Positions 62,175 to 64,000 of a stretch of DNA of 64,000 bases are shown here, in pieces; the stretch's first letter is position 1; each line of letters starts with the position of its first letter. The DNA is from Iphione sp. A-MEVVRFRX5 (lineage: Eukaryota), in the NCBI GenBank assembly GCA_976226885.1, contig OZ320315.1:14136001-14200000 (forward strand), given 5' to 3'. A program made the position numbers and the translations under genes. The notes beneath the pieces were generated by a model, which was not told the origin of the DNA, made no database searches, and saw only the letters and a list, made by a program, of their open reading frames with translations.

Positions 62175-62785
62175 GGGCAGGTTTCCTTACATGCGTTGGC
62201 ATCTGTGTGCGTTGGCATCCGTTTCCCATCTGGTACCATCCGTGTTTATTGATCCTGTTGATTCTAATACACGGTGTCAAATGCATCACTGTCCGTGACC
62301 ATCCGTGAGTCCATTAATGGTTACAGACCAATAATTTAATGCAAACGGATACCAACACATACAAATGCACTGATATTTCTTCGTATTTCTTCATTTTCAA
62401 CATGATTTATGGCCATGTCTGCACATGTCTGCACATGTCAGTCCTTTTTCATAATTTTTCCATTCATTTTTCTTTGAAATTTGCTGTTTTCAGTACTTTC
62501 CTTATGCAATTTGCCATTTTTTGGTACTTTCTTCAGGAAATTCTGGGTTTTTTTGGTAGTTTCTCCTTGGAATTGGTCATTTTTCTGCATTTTCTCCATG
62601 AAATTTGCTAAAATCTCCACGAAATAGCCATTTTTCTGTACTTTCTCCCTGAAACAAAAATGCAGTCAATAGACACCCCTATCCATGAGACTGCGTTAAG
62701 AGAAAATGCATGTAAAACGCATAGTAACACACATGGAAGACAAACACATGGAAACGCATGGCAAAACAGGTAGAGAAACCGGCCG
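62175..62785. mobile_element. PIF/Harbinger-type MITE (611 bp) carrying the 31-bp minisatellite
   Basis: TTA flanks; gggcaggtttccttac vs cggccggtttctctac (12/16). Subterminal ATGCGTT/ATCCGT motifs on the left, AACGCAT on the right. Confidence 0.55.
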
Positions 62786-63044
62786 TTATACGAAGAAATC
62801 TTTTGTCCTCGTTGGATACCTTAAGTGCGGGTGATTGCCGGAGATGGCGGCGGCAGTAAGGTCGGTTCTGTGTTAATTTAACAGTGTTTCTCAAAATGGC
62901 AATTGACGACGGTCGGGGTGGGTAGGGATGAGGAGCGCTGAGACTTATGTATGACGGGGAGGTGAATAGTATAATTATTTGTTTCTAAGAAACGCATGGT
63001 TTCTAATATATGCTTGGATGAGGGAAAGGATAAGTTCAGCGTTA

Positions 63045-63346
63045 GGCGCCTTTCCCATGTATCATGATTCCTCCTGGTGTCAGACATTGGGAAACCACCT
63101 GCAGTGTCCTGACTTTAATTGGATATATATGTTCACCAGATGTATCTTCACTATTGCTTTCTATGCAATCTGCATGCAGACGCACAGAAAACCCTTCCTC
63201 GATGGTTTGACATCCAAGACCCACATGCAGAAGCAGATAAGTCTGCATACATCTGAATGATTTCAATAGGAATGCAGGGCTGGAAAATTATCCACACGTG
63301 CATGTGGTCACGACATGGAAAAATCATGATACATGTGAACAGCCCC
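63045..63346. mobile_element. PIF/Harbinger-type (Tourist-like) MITE, 302 bp
   Basis: TTA TSD on both sides; TIRs ggcgcctttcccatgtatcatgatt vs ggggctgttcacatgtatcatgatt (21/25). Confidence 0.8.
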
Positions 63347-64000
63347 TTACTCCTCCTGCTTTAAAAGAAAGACTTTAAGACTAAGGCTGGCACGCTAGAA
63401 GGGACCGTGACACTTGCAGGAGGGTCTCCTTTCCTTGTTATTGGTGATTATAGAAACCTTTCATAGTGAATAACACAATTTCATTTTCCAGGAACTGCTT
63501 CTCCTGTGCACGCAATTACAAACTTGTGCTACATTGACTGTGAATCTGGAACAAAAGCGAAAGAGAAAGATGAAAGCGAAGCAGAAAGTGTCCTTCCTGT
63601 TAAATAGACTGGAGCGTTTCGAGAAACACTAAGACATAGCATATATACATGTATGTGCCAAATTGAAAAGGGCGAGAGGATACGTATTTGAGAGTTTGAA
63701 AATCAAAGGAGAATAATGCAATATGATACTTTTTGCACGTCTATCAAGTATCTCACATGGGAAAGGTATCTTAATAAATATAGATAAATAAAAATCGATA
63801 AATAATTAGTTGGCTTATAACTGACACTCGCATTATCCCTTTTAGATCTTTGAGCTACGCTCAAGTGTTGCGAGAGTGCTCTCTATACTTAAATGTTGAT
63901 AAATGTAATTGTCAGCTATATCTTATTAAAATGCTAATGAAATTACAGAATAAAGCTGGAGGGAGGTATTCTGAGGTATGTCTGTGAATACATCGCATGG

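Noticed and set aside
58220-62850. Cluster of YY1-like (A/G)A(A/G)ATGGCG motifs as a promoter or first-exon signal
   Set aside because: Short motifs spread over several kb; not distinguishable from chance without statistics or chromatin data.

Overview
Repeat-rich metazoan (probably invertebrate) genomic DNA with one 167-N assembly gap; no prokaryotic features, CRISPR, rRNA or true tRNA genes. The only clearly intact host gene is an intronless EamA/SLC35G-like transporter CDS (23217-24242, +). The standout is a young, apparently complete 4.8-kb Penelope-like retroelement (8172-12969, -). It has identical 243-bp terminal repeats that each carry a minimal hammerhead ribozyme, a 13-bp target-site duplication and an RT + C-terminal GIY-YIG ORF. 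Unusually, a second TATA/Inr-driven unit, encoding a two-zinc-finger protein and a 297-codon low-complexity ORF, lies between the endonuclease stop codon and the 3' repeat. Also present: two related CR1/L2-group LINE copies plus older LINE remnants, a Tigger/pogo transposase pseudogene, a second truncated PLE, five copies of a tRNA-derived SINE, three PIF/Harbinger-type MITEs, a TA-flanked MITE, dispersed minisatellites, and decayed small-intron gene fragments of unrecognised family (1-850 and 6587-7504). The 32-64 kb part looks largely non-coding. All calls are from reading the sequence by eye; no searches were run.
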